Of a DNA stretch of 64,000 nt, positions 1-17,150 are shown in pieces. Every line of letters begins with the position of its first letter. The first letter of the stretch is position 1. Below the pieces are notes generated by a model. It was given only the letters and a program-made list of their open reading frames with translations, did not search any database and was not told where the DNA came from. A program made the position numbers and the translations under genes. Origin of the DNA: Laetmonice hystrix (Eukaryota); contig OZ249436.1 in the NCBI GenBank assembly GCA_965235115.1, positions 54,500,001 through 54,564,000 of the forward strand, read 5' to 3'.

Positions 1-1159
1 AGCGCCATCTTTACTTGAAGGGGCTTACAACTAGAACTGGAAGGTGCGGCCACTAAATTAATCCCGGGACAGGGGCAGATGCAGGAGTTTGCAAGGGGAA
101 GGGGGGGGGGGGCTCAGTGGTAAACTAGCAGCTTGATCACCGCAGGTGCTCCACGCGGAGGCTGGGTGCTTGTCCCCACAAACCTTTTTTTTTCAATCAA
201 AAAGGGGGGCCTCTAAGTTCCCCTGGATCAGCCCCAGCGGGAGGGTGTTCAAACCTCCCTAACATTTTGTAGATATTATATATTTCAGGCGGTTCAACAC
301 TATTTTTCTCCGTAAATTACAGGACTTATTTTTCTGTCGACAGTTGGGATAATAAATCTACTACAATGTATTAGGATTTTTAGGTTAATTGAATTTATGA
401 ATTCTGAACTGTTTGGAGAATCTCAACAGATGGGAGATGAAAGCTACCAACGAGAGGCAACCCTCCGACATTTCCTTCAAACGTGGGATATTCTCACCGA
501 TGGTCATCCGTTCAGGGACAGCGTGGGTGGGTCAGGGACAGGGACACTAAACATAACTCAACACAACATGATGTCTCACAATCAAACTTCTTTGGTACAT
601 CAAATGTATGTCATCACCTGGACACAACACTGGAAAATACCGCAAGTTTGCTTAATAGAAGCATACCCACTGAAGAAAAATTCTGGCACTGGGGAGAAAT
701 AAAGTACACACCTAACAGTTATATAGACCTCAAAACGAAGCACTTGTTGATTTAGATTACAATACAGCAGTTTATTTATTTATCTTATTTTGTGAAAATA
801 ACGGCAAGACTCCTAAGTATTGCGTTTAATTTGATCAACGTCTAAATCTCTGACCTCATAGTACATAACCTTTCATCTAGCCATGCCCATCATTTACGTC
901 ATCACACATTATCATAATTCATTAGTCATTGTTAATTACAAAATGTACACATAGTTGGAACACTTGAAAAGATATCTGCTGCAGTAACACATACCACTGA
1001 AACGATGTACACAACCCATGGAATGGCGCTCCATAATTGCCTGAATGCGGAAACGGGTGACTAAGGTAGCCTGCTGGGGTCTGCTCAGAAGCCGAGTGCT
1101 TGGTAAAAGGTATACCCCCCCATCCCATTCGTGCCCCCTCAAGATATGGGGTCCCCATC

Positions 1160-2510
1160 AATGGGCCCGTCACGGTATGGGCCTCAACGAGCCTTCCCAT
1201 CCCTGGGCCCGTCACGGTATGGGCCCCAACTAGCCTTCCCATCCCTGAGCCCGTCACGGTATGGGCCCCAATTAGCCTTCCCATCCCTGGGCCCGTCAGT
1301 ATAGGCCCGCCTTCCCATCCCTGTGCCCGTCAGTATGGGCCCCAACTAGCCTTCCCATCCCTGTGCCCGTCAGTATGGGCCCCAACTAGCCTTCCCATCC
1401 CCGGGCCCGTCAGTATGGGCCCCAACTAGCCTTCCTATCCCTGGGCCCGTCACGGTATGGGCCCCAACTAGCCTTCCCATCCCTGTGCCCGTCACGGCAT
1501 GGGCCCCAACTACCCTTCCCATCCCTGGGCCCGTCATGGTATGGGCCCCAACTAGCCTTCCCATACTTAGGCCCGTCACGGTATGGGCCCCAACTAGCCT
1601 TCCCATCCCTGTGCTCGTCAGTATGGGCCCCAACTAGCCTTCCCATCCCTGTGCCCGTCACGGTATGGGCCCCAACTAGCCTTCCCATACTTGGGCCCGT
1701 CACGGTATGGGCCCCAACTAGCGTTCCCATCCCTGTGCCCGTCACGGTATGGGCCCCAACTATCCTTCCCATCCCTGTGCCCGTCACGATATGGGCCCCA
1801 ACTAGCCTTCCCATCCCTGGGCCCGTCACGGTATGGGCCCCACCTAGCCTTCCTATCCCTGGGCCCGTCAAGGTATGGGACCCAACTATCCTTCCCATTC
1901 CTGTGCCCGTCAGTATGGGCCCCAACTAGCCTTCCCATCCCTGTGCCCGTCACGATATGGGTTCCAACTATAGCCTTCCCATCCCTGGGCCCGTCACGAT
2001 ATGGGCCCCACCTAGCCTTCCCATCCCTGGGCCCGTCACGGTATGAGCCCAAACTAGCCTTCCCATTCTTGGGCCCGTCACGGTATGGGCCCCAACTAGC
2101 CTTCCCCTACTTGGGCAAGTCACGGTATGGGCCCCAACTAGCCTTCCTATCCCTGTGCCCGTCACGGTATGGGCCCCAACTAGCCTTCCCATCCCTGTGC
2201 CCCTCACGATATGGGCCCCAACTAGCCTTCCCATCCCTGGGCCCGTCACGGTATGGGCCCCAACTAGCCTCTCCATCCCTGGGCCCGTCACGGTATGGGC
2301 CCCAACTAGCCTTCCCATACTTGGGCCCGTCACGGTATGGGCCCCACCTAGCCTTCCTATCCCTGGGCCCGTCACAGTATGGGCCCCACCTAGCCTTCCC
2401 ATCCCCGGGCCCGTCAGTATGGGCCCCAACTAGCCTTCCCATCCCTGGGCCCGTCATGGTATGGGCCCCAGCTAGCCTTCCCATACCTGGGGCCGTCCCG
2501 GTATGGGCCT
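1160..2510. repeat. Minisatellite, ~42-bp unit (gggcccgtcacggtatgggccccaactagccttcccatccct), about 30 copies with 40-bp variants
   Basis: Head-to-tail copies are directly visible; ORFs here show a 14-aa period (PIPGPVTVWAPTSL). Confidence 0.97.
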
Positions 2511-2640
2511 CTGGTACTGCTTACTTCATATTCTTAAAGGATATAGGACACCTCTGCCCTGTTGATACGCCAAGAACGAAACCTAAAGCCCAACACGCAC
2601 ACTACGATTGCTTGCAACTCCTTGTGACGCGACCATCGTA

Positions 2641-3126
2641 AAGCTGGCGCTACACTAGGCGACGAAACAAGCGATTTGCATGCGACGACCCATCGCAACG
2701 GGGGGGATGCTGGTCGCTCGTCTCTCGCTCGTAGCATCGGTATGGCTGCTACACTTGGCGGTCGAACAGGGGACCACACACCTGATTTGCCGCCTCATTT
2801 CAACCAAAATGGCGCGAAAGGCGAATTTCGATGCGCTAGCCGCAGTCTGGTTGGTTGATCCAGTAGACACGTCATTGCAACGAGCGACGGCGATGGCTAC
2901 ACTTGTAGCAAGCAGAAAAACGGTGCGATTCAGCTGCAACCGTCGTCGCAAAGAATGAACATGTTCATTCTTTGCGATTTCACGTTCCCACGGTCGCAAC
3001 GAGTTTGCGCCGGCCTTGCGATGGGCGACGGAGCCTGCTACACTATGCGATGCGACCGTGGGAACGTGAAATCTCAACGTGATCTCAACGGGATCGCAAT
3101 GGAATCGCCTAGTGTAGCGCCAGCTT
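2641..3126. mobile_element. Non-autonomous TIR element (MITE) with TA target duplication, nested in an older foldback element (~2597-3241)
   Basis: Perfect TIRs AAGCTGGCGCTACACTAGGCGA / TCGCCTAGTGTAGCGCCAGCTT, flanked by TA on both sides. Confidence 0.85.
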
Positions 3127-5970
3127 TACCCGTGATTGCCGCGTCGCAAGGTCATAGTTTTTTACCCCAACTCATTTACTGGGTCAAAAAATGGGTAACG
3201 ACGGTCGCGTCGCACGGACTTGCAAGCAATTGCAGTGTGTGTGTGCTGTCCGTAACATCACAATTCTCACTTTTTGATATAAAGGTCTAATATTGCTGTT
3301 GCTTTGTTCCTTACATTGACTCTTACAGCACAATGAAGTATGTATATTTGCATACATTCAGTAGAACATTATTTAACTTATTTTCACCATAACTCCTCGG
3401 TGAAGAACTAACACATATTAAGGTTAACACATAAAAGCACAGAAATATTTCTGAACGTCAGTATGATTTACAAGCCAGAAAATATTCACAACACAACTGA
3501 ATTCACTGGGTTCCTTGTGACCTTGGGCAAGGGAACTGTCATCTCGCGGTAACCTCTAGCCAGGTGTAGATCTAATTTACTCATGACTCGGTCAAAGGGA
3601 ATACATTTCCACAAAATAGTGTAAAACTTAAATTACATTTATATCAACCTTGGTTGAATTCTAATTCTAGATCTTCCCTGCTTCAACACACTTACAGCAC
3701 ATGTATATTTTGTTTGACCGACTATCAACGAAATAGCTATATTTTCTCTTGTCCCATATTGAGAAAAACAAAAATACTCTAAAGCTTGTTTTTCAAAATC
3801 GCCTCCTTTGAGAAATGCATAATGGTAGGCCTTTTTTCTTTAGGCTAAGTGTCAAAACAACAAAACATTGCATATTTTCCCAACCTTAATTTTCACAATG
3901 AAACGTTTCAAAGAATGAATATCTTATCAAGTGTGGGGTCATTCAACACCTCAAGTAAACAACTTTCATAAAGCAACAACAAGTGTGCAACAGTTGCTAA
4001 TAAAGATATGTTTCTAAAACAGTTCACCAAGTGTTTTGCTAGGCACGTGTAAAGAAAATCTTTCACTCGTGTTTTTGTGTCCTCACCTTTAACTTTGAGC
4101 CCGAGCATGGAATGCATCGTTCTTCCTTAGTTTCAGAGATTCAACCAAGTCCAAACCTCTTCAGTGGCAGTTCTTTTCTTTTTAATGCACTTGTTAATAT
4201 ACTGGGTATCACATGATGTAGGTGATGATTTAGATCTATATGTAATCAGCCTTAAGTAGAAAATTAAACATGGACAGTGCAATTTTTCAAAGGAACTATC
4301 CAAGGATCAAAGATAAAATATACATACTGGTATGTGCATATATATCTTTACAAATATAGCTAGTCTATGTCCACACAGGCAATAAGTTGAGCACTTTTAG
4401 ACGGGCGATGAAGTTGTAGTCCGTCACCTTATTGCATTTATGATTTAAATCGTCTTTTACAATTGTATAACGAATGAATGCAAATCCGATATCACCTTGC
4501 CACTTCACGGACATAAACGTTTAAAAAATAGGATTCTATACGAATCCCAATAAGATGTTTCCAAATCGGTATACTGGTATATGATGGCAACACCAACATG
4601 CTTGTAGCAATAAATTGACCCAAAAATATCAATGATGCTTGACTCTAGGACATGCGGCTAATACTGAGTAAAATGAAAGGGAATCACAGATACAGGCGCA
4701 TCATGGCTAACGTATATTGATGGCAACTTGAATCCTGCTGGGAGCTCACATCACATTCTACTCTCAAACGATGCTCCCCGAAAACGATATTTTTCTTCAT
4801 CCATGACATGAATGTATGAATACAAACCTCTCCTCTATCAATGTTGATATGTATATAAAATTCTATTTTTTTTACATCAAGTTTAAGGTATGTCGAAATA
4901 AACGAGAAAGGCATACCAATACCTTGAAGAGATGGCAAATAAATAGAAATTCTATTAGCCGTGTTTATGGAACTATGCTGACTCTGTATTACATGACACT
5001 TCCTATCCATTATTCATCAAATAATCTTTAAAATAATTCTTCATATATTACTTTTTATCCCAGACCAACAGTAGTTGTACTGCTGTTTCCAACTGTTTCG
5101 GAGATACGATCCATTAAAAATATGCATCAACTTGACCGACTTTTCCGTGTCCACGTACATTCAAATTCATTGCCATAGAGTTTGTGCATCTTGTCAAGGC
5201 GGAATAGAATATCTTTTACTCTACTTTTCTCTTACAGACTGAACGAAAGAGAAGTACATACAAATATGAAATGTTTACCTCGTGCTGCTGAAGTGATGAC
5301 AGTAACAAATATCTGGACTATCCCCACTTTTTCATCTGAACTCTGTCTCTTTTACACTTATGTGATGCATTTTTGTATTATGTATGGGTTTCATCAGTAC
5401 TGCACCAATGCTTAACATTGTAAATCCTTACTACTGCGGTCATGTACGACAACATCCAAATATGACAAATATCATTATCAGTAGACAACTTCCAGCAAAA
5501 CAACTTCCAGCGGAATCATTCGTAACGGTAAGCACAAATGATCTACAACTATTCATCATGAGACTTGTTTTACAAGCATTCTCATGACCACCACTAAATG
5601 GTTGGTGCAACGTAAAGATCTACTGCCATACTCTTCTATCCATGTGAATACTCACAGCTATGCGCCTTAACCCTGCCCTGCTATAGCATTTTGATATAAA
5701 TGACCCCAAATTATACTTGCCTCTAATGTGACAACGAACCAATAGGCGATCCTTCTGTGATATATGTGCAGGTGGTTCTAGGATTAAAGGACAGAACCCA
5801 CTTTAGGCATGACCAGTGGATAGACAGCAGACATGAATCGAGCCTTTAAAAGAAGAATCACAAGCAAATGGCAAGAAGAAGGGAGAGTTGAATGAGTACC
5901 ACTGGGCTTTGACCAGCAGCATGACTTGCTGCATGAACAAACATTGTACAATAGAATCTCTCCGACAGAT

Positions 5971-6888
5971 TCAGAGCAGGTGAAGTTGTCGCAGGTGATG
6001 GAGGATGATGTGGGGATCCGGGCGGTCGGAGGTCAGCAGGTACTGCAGCATGTGACACACACTTTCATACTCAGCTGTCTCCTGGTTGGCTGCGTTGGCC
6101 AGCTCAAGCCCCATCATTCGGAAGGTGCACTCTGTGACCTCTCTGGAGGTGACCACGCCCTCTACAGGTTGGATTTCGAGTGAGCTGAGGAGATGGTGGA
6201 TAGAATCAGGGTCGTCTGGAGGGTGGGTTGTGTGCATCTGGGCGATCTGACTGGACAACTGGGCTACCAGGACTTCTACTTCTTCCAGGGAGAGCAGCTT
6301 GACAGAGACGCAGATCTCCGACACCTCCTGTGAGAGACGCCAGAGTTCAGAAGATATGGAGGTGGTCTCTAGCTTGCTGCACAGGTTGTCGAGGTCCTCC
6401 CGCATTGTCAACGAGTGCATCTTGTTGCAGACATTCAGGATGAGATCACAGATATCCGAGGTGTGAAGTTGGCGGCTCGCTTGTCGACACAGATGTTCCA
6501 TGGGACCCCTCCGCCGAACCCCGTCTATCCCTCCCCGACTTGCTGTAGCAGACGTTGGGCTCACAGGTACTGCCGACATGCTGATCATAGACTGGCATTC
6601 GGTGGGCTGGGGGTCGCCAGTCAGACTGAGGTTGGAAAGTCGTCGCTGAGAACCGAGACTGTGAAGAGATGTGTTGGAGGGGCGTCGCTGCGAGGACAGA
6701 CTTGCTGAAGAGGATCTTCGTGGTTGAGGGGAACCCGTGGGTTGAACCTCAGGTTCAGGGTTGGCACTCAGGGTGAGCTGTTCTCGAAGTAAATGTTCTA
6801 TAACAGAGCCAGCCGTTAGTGGCCCGTCCGGGGGGCCTCCCACCTCGCACTCCTTAGCTTGTTTTGGTGGCCCTGATTGGCCGGTTAG
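5971..6888 (-). CDS. Putative 305-aa readthrough C-terminal extension of ANKRD54
   Basis: Open and in frame directly after the TGA at 6891-6889 (context GGA TGA CTA ACC). No ATG near its start (the track ORF begins at a GTG). Protein-like composition. Confidence 0.7.
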   Translation of the reverse strand, partial: LTGQSGPPKQAKECEVGGPPDGPLTAGSVIEHLLREQLTLSANPEPEVQPTGSPQPRRSSSASLSSQRRPSNTSLHSLGSQRRLSNLSLTGDPQPTECQSMISMSAVPVSPTSATASRGGIDGVRRRGPMEHLCRQASRQLHTSDICDLILNVCNKMHSLTMREDLDNLCSKLETTSISSELWRLSQEVSEICVSVKLLSLEEVEVLVAQLSSQIAQMHTTHPPDDPDSIHHLLSSLEIQPVEGVVTSREVTECTFRMMGLELANAANQETAEYESVCHMLQYLLTSDRPDPHIILHHLRQLHLL

Positions 6889-11899
<5,011 letters not shown>

Positions 11900-12233
11900 T
11901 GTGCCCTCCAAATGAATTTTGATCAAAATTAGAAGATATTTTGATGTTTTGACATTTGACACACCTCCATCTGAAAATCCACGAATTATCAACTTCCGCC
12001 AGTTCCGGTACGATCGCTTAGATCGCTTACAAAGTCGTGAGGCGGACAACAGATACGGTTTCCCTTGCCCTTGGCATAGAAAATCATGTGATTTCATCTA
12101 AATTAAGCTGCATTGAGCGAATACGGAGTGCCTAAGCCTTTATAAACCTCTTGTTTTTGTTTCGATTTTTATTATTGTTTTAAAGGGGCCTATTTTGATG
12201 GTGTGTCTTGATACTAAAACTCTCTTCTAAAAC

Positions 12234-12297
12234 CAGTCTCGGTCACCCGACTCTCTCTCGCTGTAAGAGCCGCTGAGGGTCTGGATGATCGAGACTG
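12234..12297. mobile_element. 64-bp mini TIR element
   Basis: CAGTCTCG...CGAGACTG hairpin flanked by a 9-bp direct repeat TTCTAAAAC (12225-12233 and 12298-12306). Confidence 0.8.
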
Positions 12298-12792
12298 TTC
12301 TAAAACCGACTAACCAGTGACGTACCAAAACGTCCAAACCTACCGATGTCGACATGAAACGTTCCTCATTATCATAAGACAGTCTTAGGCTTGTTAAAGT
12401 TTTTTTTATCCATAATGTGTACTGGTGGAGCAGCTGACAAATATTTCGATGGTGTTACTTTGGGCTTTTTCCACAATACCCGGAGGTTTTCCGGAAATTG
12501 CGTTTTGAGGCACACCTGCGAAGAACCTGCGAACATCATAAGCGGATCGTAAACTCCTTTAAACTTGTCGAAGGCGAAGCGACTGACATTGAATTTGCCT
12601 TATTTTAGGGGGTAAGTTAATGGGAGCTATCTTTTAAGATTGATGTGATCAGGCTGTACAGTTTTCTGGGTAATTAGTAGCACCAAAGGTAGCGCCTAAA
12701 GAGGCAGATGATGGCACAGACCTGTATTATCGCTCAGTTCTTGAGGATTCAACACAACACAGCAGACAGGGTTATCCCCCCCCCCCCCCCCG

Positions 12793-14728
12793 GGGTACTG
12801 GTGAACTCGGCCCTGGCCATGGTGATCTCGGCCCATGTCTAGGTGATGTCATGGTGATCTCGGCCCAGGGGCATATAGTGGACTCTGACAGCGTCAGTAA
12901 CACTCTGTGTACATATGATTTACTAACTGGTATAGATCTAGCAGTTATAGCGAGCGCAGCGAGCCGCGAAGCGGCTCGCAAAGCGAGCTCTATACCCAAG
13001 GAGAGCTGCATACCGTGCAACGATCGGATATGGAAATCTGTGGAGGTTTTGGTGGTATTACGGAGCCGGCAAAATCGGAGCAATCTGATTGGCTTAAATT
13101 GCACTGCATCGAAATTCAAATTTCCCAAACGCGTGGGAATCTACAAACCGCTTCCTTATCTGCCACTTCTATAAACAGATTCCAAACATTTAGTGATTTT
13201 TCCATTTGATTCTACCTACTATTCACGTCAAATCGCCTGTCGGAAACGTAACGGCCAATCGCTCCCGTTTACGGCCGCTTGACCGAAGTGAAAATGGTGG
13301 AAAACGTAGCCTGCTAGACTGTGGATTTAGAACCCGATCTGTTGATTTCCACTGTGACGTCACAATATCAACACATGCTTATTCCAAAGTCTACTGTGAC
13401 GTGACAATATAACCATGGTCGTCATAAGACGACAATGGGCGTTGCTAAGTGACCTGTTACTCCCGGCGCTGACGTTTTCTCTAGATTCTTTGGCCTGACT
13501 TGGCAGACACCCGGGCTGGCGTATTATTATCAATGACTATATGCGCGGCTATGGAAAGCTGAAACAAAACTGTAGTAGCTAGGCTAAATAAAACTGCGCT
13601 CGCCCCTGGGTAGCACCCAAATCATATTATTATACTTTTAGTTTTATAGATCTACTACCATTCCAATCAGAGCGCTCGGAGTACGGCCTGGATAGAGAGC
13701 CGAAGTAGGTCACAAGAATTCAAGAGATTTCGCGTTGTCGGGACAAGGAGCAGATAGCCTCGCTGGTTTAACATTGCGATGGCCATAGGGAACAGTGACA
13801 GTCAACTTTAAAATATTTTCATTCTGCAGTGAAGTCGCTGTTAATATTTCACCATTACAATCCATGATTGCTGGCATGTTTACTCTAGGATAAAGTTTGT
13901 TTTATAGTTTAGAAAGTTAGATTGTGAATATACAGGCTGGTTTTTGTAAACCTGTCGGCCCTGTCAATGCTAATCCTATGGGGAAATTTTTGACGTCACA
14001 ATCGCATGGCGCATGTTTGGTGCTATCGCGAGCTGGTTTGAGGCTATTTAACGTCATTTGCATAACCAGGTCACGAGACTTCGGCGCCCTATAGGGAGCG
14101 TAAGTATGTCACGTCACAATGCGTGAATCGACGAGAAATGCGGTTTGGAGGCCCAAACTGGCGCCAGCCAAATTCCGGTTCCGTTCATTTAGCATTGGGA
14201 GGCCCATTGAAAAAACGTTCTAACTGATAACTCCAAAAATACTGTTCTCTTTGTTATCAAACTGACTATACATCAGAACCAACATCTCTTATGTCAGAAA
14301 AAATACATTTCATACTTAAGAAATATTTAATTGTCAAAAGAAAGGCCGATGTTTGGAGAGGTGTACGCTCGCCCTATGTTAAACCAGTGGGGGATTGTGA
14401 CGTAACGGAAGTTGCATGTCGCCAGCGGTCTGACCCAGTTAGACCGAACCTCGTTTTCGGTCGCGAGACTTACGCTCCCTATTGGCCCTGCGGAGTCGGG
14501 CCGGCACTCTGCCGGGCCGTGGAGTTGGAGTCCCCGCGTAACGGTAACCATCGCCGTCCCTCCCAGGACAGGCAACCCTCTGGTAACCACAAAATGTAGC
14601 CCAGCCTAGGCCTACATTTTGTCTGATTTGTCAGAGTGGGCCGAGATCACCACACCGGTCCGAATTCACCATTTCGGGCCGAGGTCACCTGGGCCGAGAT
14701 CACCCTGGTCCGAGTTCACGTGTAACCC
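12793..14728. mobile_element. MULE-like non-autonomous element (~1.9 kb), probably with nested insertions
   Basis: Imperfect TIRs GGGTACTGGTGAACTCGG / CCGAGTTCACGTGTAACCC; subterminal ggtgatctcggccc repeats inverted at the two ends; t(C)nG flanks on both sides. Confidence 0.65.
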
Positions 14729-15128
14729 TTCCCCCGTGGTAACTGCCCACCAAACTTGCAACTTTGTAGCACCAACCAGTGTCTTATATTGTATACCACA
14801 GTAACTGGGTCAAGAAAAGAGCACTTGTCCAGGTCTAGAGCACTTGTTTAGAAGCCAAGGTGGGAGTCTGGCAGCAGCATGACGACAACACTTAGAGGTG
14901 GCAGTTTGTGATTTTCACTACGATGACGACACTCGAAGGATACGTCCAAACCAGTTGAACAAGGGCGTCCACTTATCATGACAATGATGTGTTTTTCAGG
15001 TGTAAGGTTGAAGAGATGACGAGACCAAGATAAGGATTCCTAGTGTTCTTTATGACCTGGTGTCACGAGTCACAGGAATCCTTTCTCTGCCTGAAGGTCG
15101 TGTGTTGATGAGGACAAGGTGAAGGACC

Positions 15129-16244
15129 ATGCACAGCTACAGAAACTTTGTGAAAGGAAGCCATTCCTTGGGCGTGGTTCCCAGCACATCAATTCAGTCC
15201 GCCCAGGACAGGCAATCCTCTGGTAACATTAATGGCGAACAAGCACAGTCTTCCTATGAAGAAATTGTTGGTTTAAAAAAGAGTCAAGAACAATTCAGCA
15301 AAAGAACTGAGAAAGATGATAGTAGCAGGAAACATAAGGAGAAAAAGCAACAGAAGAATTGTAACCAAAGAATGCAGGCCTTAGTACATCGGAAAGATTT
15401 GGGTGTTGAAACTGGACGTCAAGAACAGTTTGTTACTTTAGATAAAGTATCTCAATCCAGAACTTCTCAATCATGTGTTCTTGACAAAAGCCAGAGAGTG
15501 AACAATAAATACTTACTCTGTGCCCAAGAAGGTGATATTGACGGCTTGCAGTCACATTTGAAGTCCAGCTTTATCGATATAAATGTTGCTGATGTGTATG
15601 GATGGACGGCGCTGATGTGTGCGTCCCACGGTGGACACGCTGGCATTGTGCAGCATCTCCTGGAATGTGGCGCTGACGCGTCGCACACCGATGGCAGGGG
15701 ACGGAATGCTGCAGACCTCGCCAAAACATCAACTATATCTGAACTGTTCAGAAGACACAGGAATGGATTGGCATTGACCAAGGATCCTGGCACAACATCA
15801 ACACAGCCCTTCTATTGCGAAATCTGCAAAACTGAGTTTTCTGATACAACAGTGGGCGTTCATGAGACATCTACAATTCACCTCTTTAACTGTCAATTCC
15901 AGCCAAAGCCCACCCACTATTTTCTGCCCACAAATAACAGAGGATTTCAGATGATGCTGAGGAGCGGATGGCAGCCAGATAAGGGACTTGGGTCTGAAGG
16001 GCAAGGGCAAAAATTTCCAGTCAAGACTCTACTGAAGAGGGACCGTCAGGGTATTGGGTCTGAGAAAGTGATCAAACCTAGAGTGACCCATTTTGGTCCC
16101 AAGGACACTGCTGCAGTGGAAACCATCATGAATCCAGTTAGAACAATGAGGGCCTCAACTCTGAGTAAGAAAGCACAAAAGAGGAAGCTGTCAAAGGAGA
16201 AGAAAAAAGCACGTGACTTCAGATTAGAATTTTATGCAGAATAG
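15129..16244 (+). CDS. GPANK1: G patch domain and ankyrin repeat-containing protein 1 (BAT4), single coding exon, 371 aa
   Basis: Ankyrin repeats (DVYGWTALMCASHGGH), zinc-finger-like FYCEIC...HETSTIHLF, and G-patch NRGFQMMLRSGWQPDKGLGSEGQGQKFPVKTLLKRDRQGIG followed by PRVTHF. Confidence 0.93.
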   Translation: MHSYRNFVKGSHSLGVVPSTSIQSAQDRQSSGNINGEQAQSSYEEIVGLKKSQEQFSKRTEKDDSSRKHKEKKQQKNCNQRMQALVHRKDLGVETGRQEQFVTLDKVSQSRTSQSCVLDKSQRVNNKYLLCAQEGDIDGLQSHLKSSFIDINVADVYGWTALMCASHGGHAGIVQHLLECGADASHTDGRGRNAADLAKTSTISELFRRHRNGLALTKDPGTTSTQPFYCEICKTEFSDTTVGVHETSTIHLFNCQFQPKPTHYFLPTNNRGFQMMLRSGWQPDKGLGSEGQGQKFPVKTLLKRDRQGIGSEKVIKPRVTHFGPKDTAAVETIMNPVRTMRASTLSKKAQKRKLSKEKKKARDFRLEFYAE

Positions 16245-17150
16245 AATGAGTGATGAAAGGAAAAAAAGTACTTATATATTAATTTTCCCATTCAAGATGT
16301 CGCATATGAGCGTAAATGGGCAACCAAAGGATTTACCAGTGCTGAGGAAACAGGGATTTACTGATTAAAGATGTTAATTTAACCTAATATTGTTCTTTTT
16401 GTTATTTGCTTAATGTTTCACTATGAGGTACCAAAAATCAATGGCAAAGTGAGGTTGCTGTTGGTTTCTGAATATATTTGTATTCTATGTATGGGTATAA
16501 GTTACTACGAGGGGATAACACATGCAGATTAATTTTGGTCAGGGTATTATAGCATTGCCTCAGATGTGGCCTCCCCCTAGGTACGTGCCTGATTACATGT
16601 ATAATGTCCCAAAAAGGGTCAGGCGTGGCGATGGTGTTTATTCTTGTATGGTCAGGGACGCCTTTCCTTTTCAGATGTGCTCAGAAACCTGCATTTCTAC
16701 CAAAGAGAATAGTAAACAAACAAGACTAACAGAAAAAGAGAAGCGTACTGACAATCTTGCAATGATATCATTTACCTCATTTTAGAAGAACAAGTAACTG
16801 CATAGTGTTCAATTTCGTTATCAAATACATGTACAGTGTATCACAATTGGTTGACTCTTTGTATCCTAGACTTTTTACAGGCAACACCTCATATGATATT
16901 AGTGGTAACATTTCTATAGTAATTTTGTAATATTTTACCAGCTGTTGTAACCTGTAACTCCATCAGTCTTTTTTTGTGTTGTAAACCAAATTAATTTATG
17001 AACATGACAACGAAGCATAAAGAATGATGTAAATATCATGTTTGTAATCTGATTGGATGTTAATATTGTATTTTCACTGCCTGCCCACCTATCCACCCAC
17101 TGTACATTAGGTGTATTTGTTTACGGTAGGAGGAGGTCGGTGGGACCGCC

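Noticed and set aside
922..2641. Many overlapping repetitive ORFs (up to 316 aa)
   Set aside because: Products of the 42-bp minisatellite; open on both strands, with frameshifting 40-bp units.
5971..6843. The 290-aa ORF as an independent gene
   Set aside because: It starts at GTG 45 nt after the ANKRD54 stop in the same frame, with no room for a promoter and no convincing acceptor; readthrough explains it better.
12772..14804. Short ORFs inside the 1.9-kb element as a transposase
   Set aside because: No DDE or other recognisable motif.
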